From positions 4,325-68,324 of the forward strand of contig DATCDZ010000152.1 of the NCBI GenBank assembly GCA_036510395.1: a stretch of DNA of 64,000 nucleotides. The letters are read 5' to 3'. The notes beneath the pieces are model-generated. The model did not search any database and was not told the DNA's origin. It worked only from the letters and a program-made list of their open reading frames with translations. This DNA is from Verrucomicrobiia bacterium (GTDB lineage Bacteria > Verrucomicrobiota > Verrucomicrobiia > Limisphaerales > UBA11358). Position numbers and translations under genes: made by a program. The first letter of the stretch is position 1. Every line of letters begins with the position of its first letter. Of this stretch, positions 63,984-64,000 are shown piece by piece.

Positions 63984-64000
63984 AGCCGCTTGTAGCCGGT

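Overview
GC-rich bacterial chromosomal window. The gene content (an ECF sigma / Ser-Thr kinase pair, a TIGR03435-type protein, LamG and RHS-type secreted proteins, many small Zn-ribbon ORFs) suggests a PVC/Verrucomicrobia-like environmental bacterium, but that is inference only. All domain names come from motifs I recognised in translated ORFs; no searches were run.

Accessory region (nt 1-14263):
- An operon cut by the left edge encodes a secreted transglutaminase-like/RHS-N-terminal protein and a LamG lectin-like protein.
- An integrated mobilizable element follows. It has a tyrosine integrase abutting the 3' end of tRNA-Cys(GCA), a MobF-type relaxase-helicase, and a divergent operon (small DNA-binding protein / ParA-like ATPase / 322-aa protein).
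- The element also carries XRE, RHH and receiver-domain genes. It is organised around a 1.45-kb non-coding, repeat-dense oriT-like region.

Core chromosome (nt 14.3-64 kb): mtnA, tgt, argB-argD-argF, hemB, rluD, lspA, two cyclophilins, a ~12-kb glycosyltransferase/methyltransferase/MsbA envelope-glycan cluster, nadD-rsfS, PIN-PhoH2, ogt, pyrR-pyrB, an ECF-sigma/Ser-Thr-kinase module, and a DHA2-type MFS exporter.

Most unusual observations:
1. A family of GTAGGA...TCCTAC palindromic elements is inserted in frame in argD and ogt, with one decayed intergenic copy.
2. Locus-specific heptanucleotide tandem arrays build long intergenic hairpins; one array lies in frame inside mtnA.
3. Cassette-like insertions are bounded by duplicated 3' ends of the target gene: a TA pair at tgt, a methyltransferase in the glycan cluster, and a lysS-type remnant at the right edge.
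4. In the mobile element, a thrice-repeated ~85-nt unit ends in a hairpin that keeps pairing through compensatory substitutions. A conserved operator-like box precedes three of its transcription units, and there is a GTTGAA iteron array.
5. Several genes carry single-event disruptions (two TA toxins, one kinase). A dnaE PHP-domain fragment lies back-to-back with a read-through ppiB.
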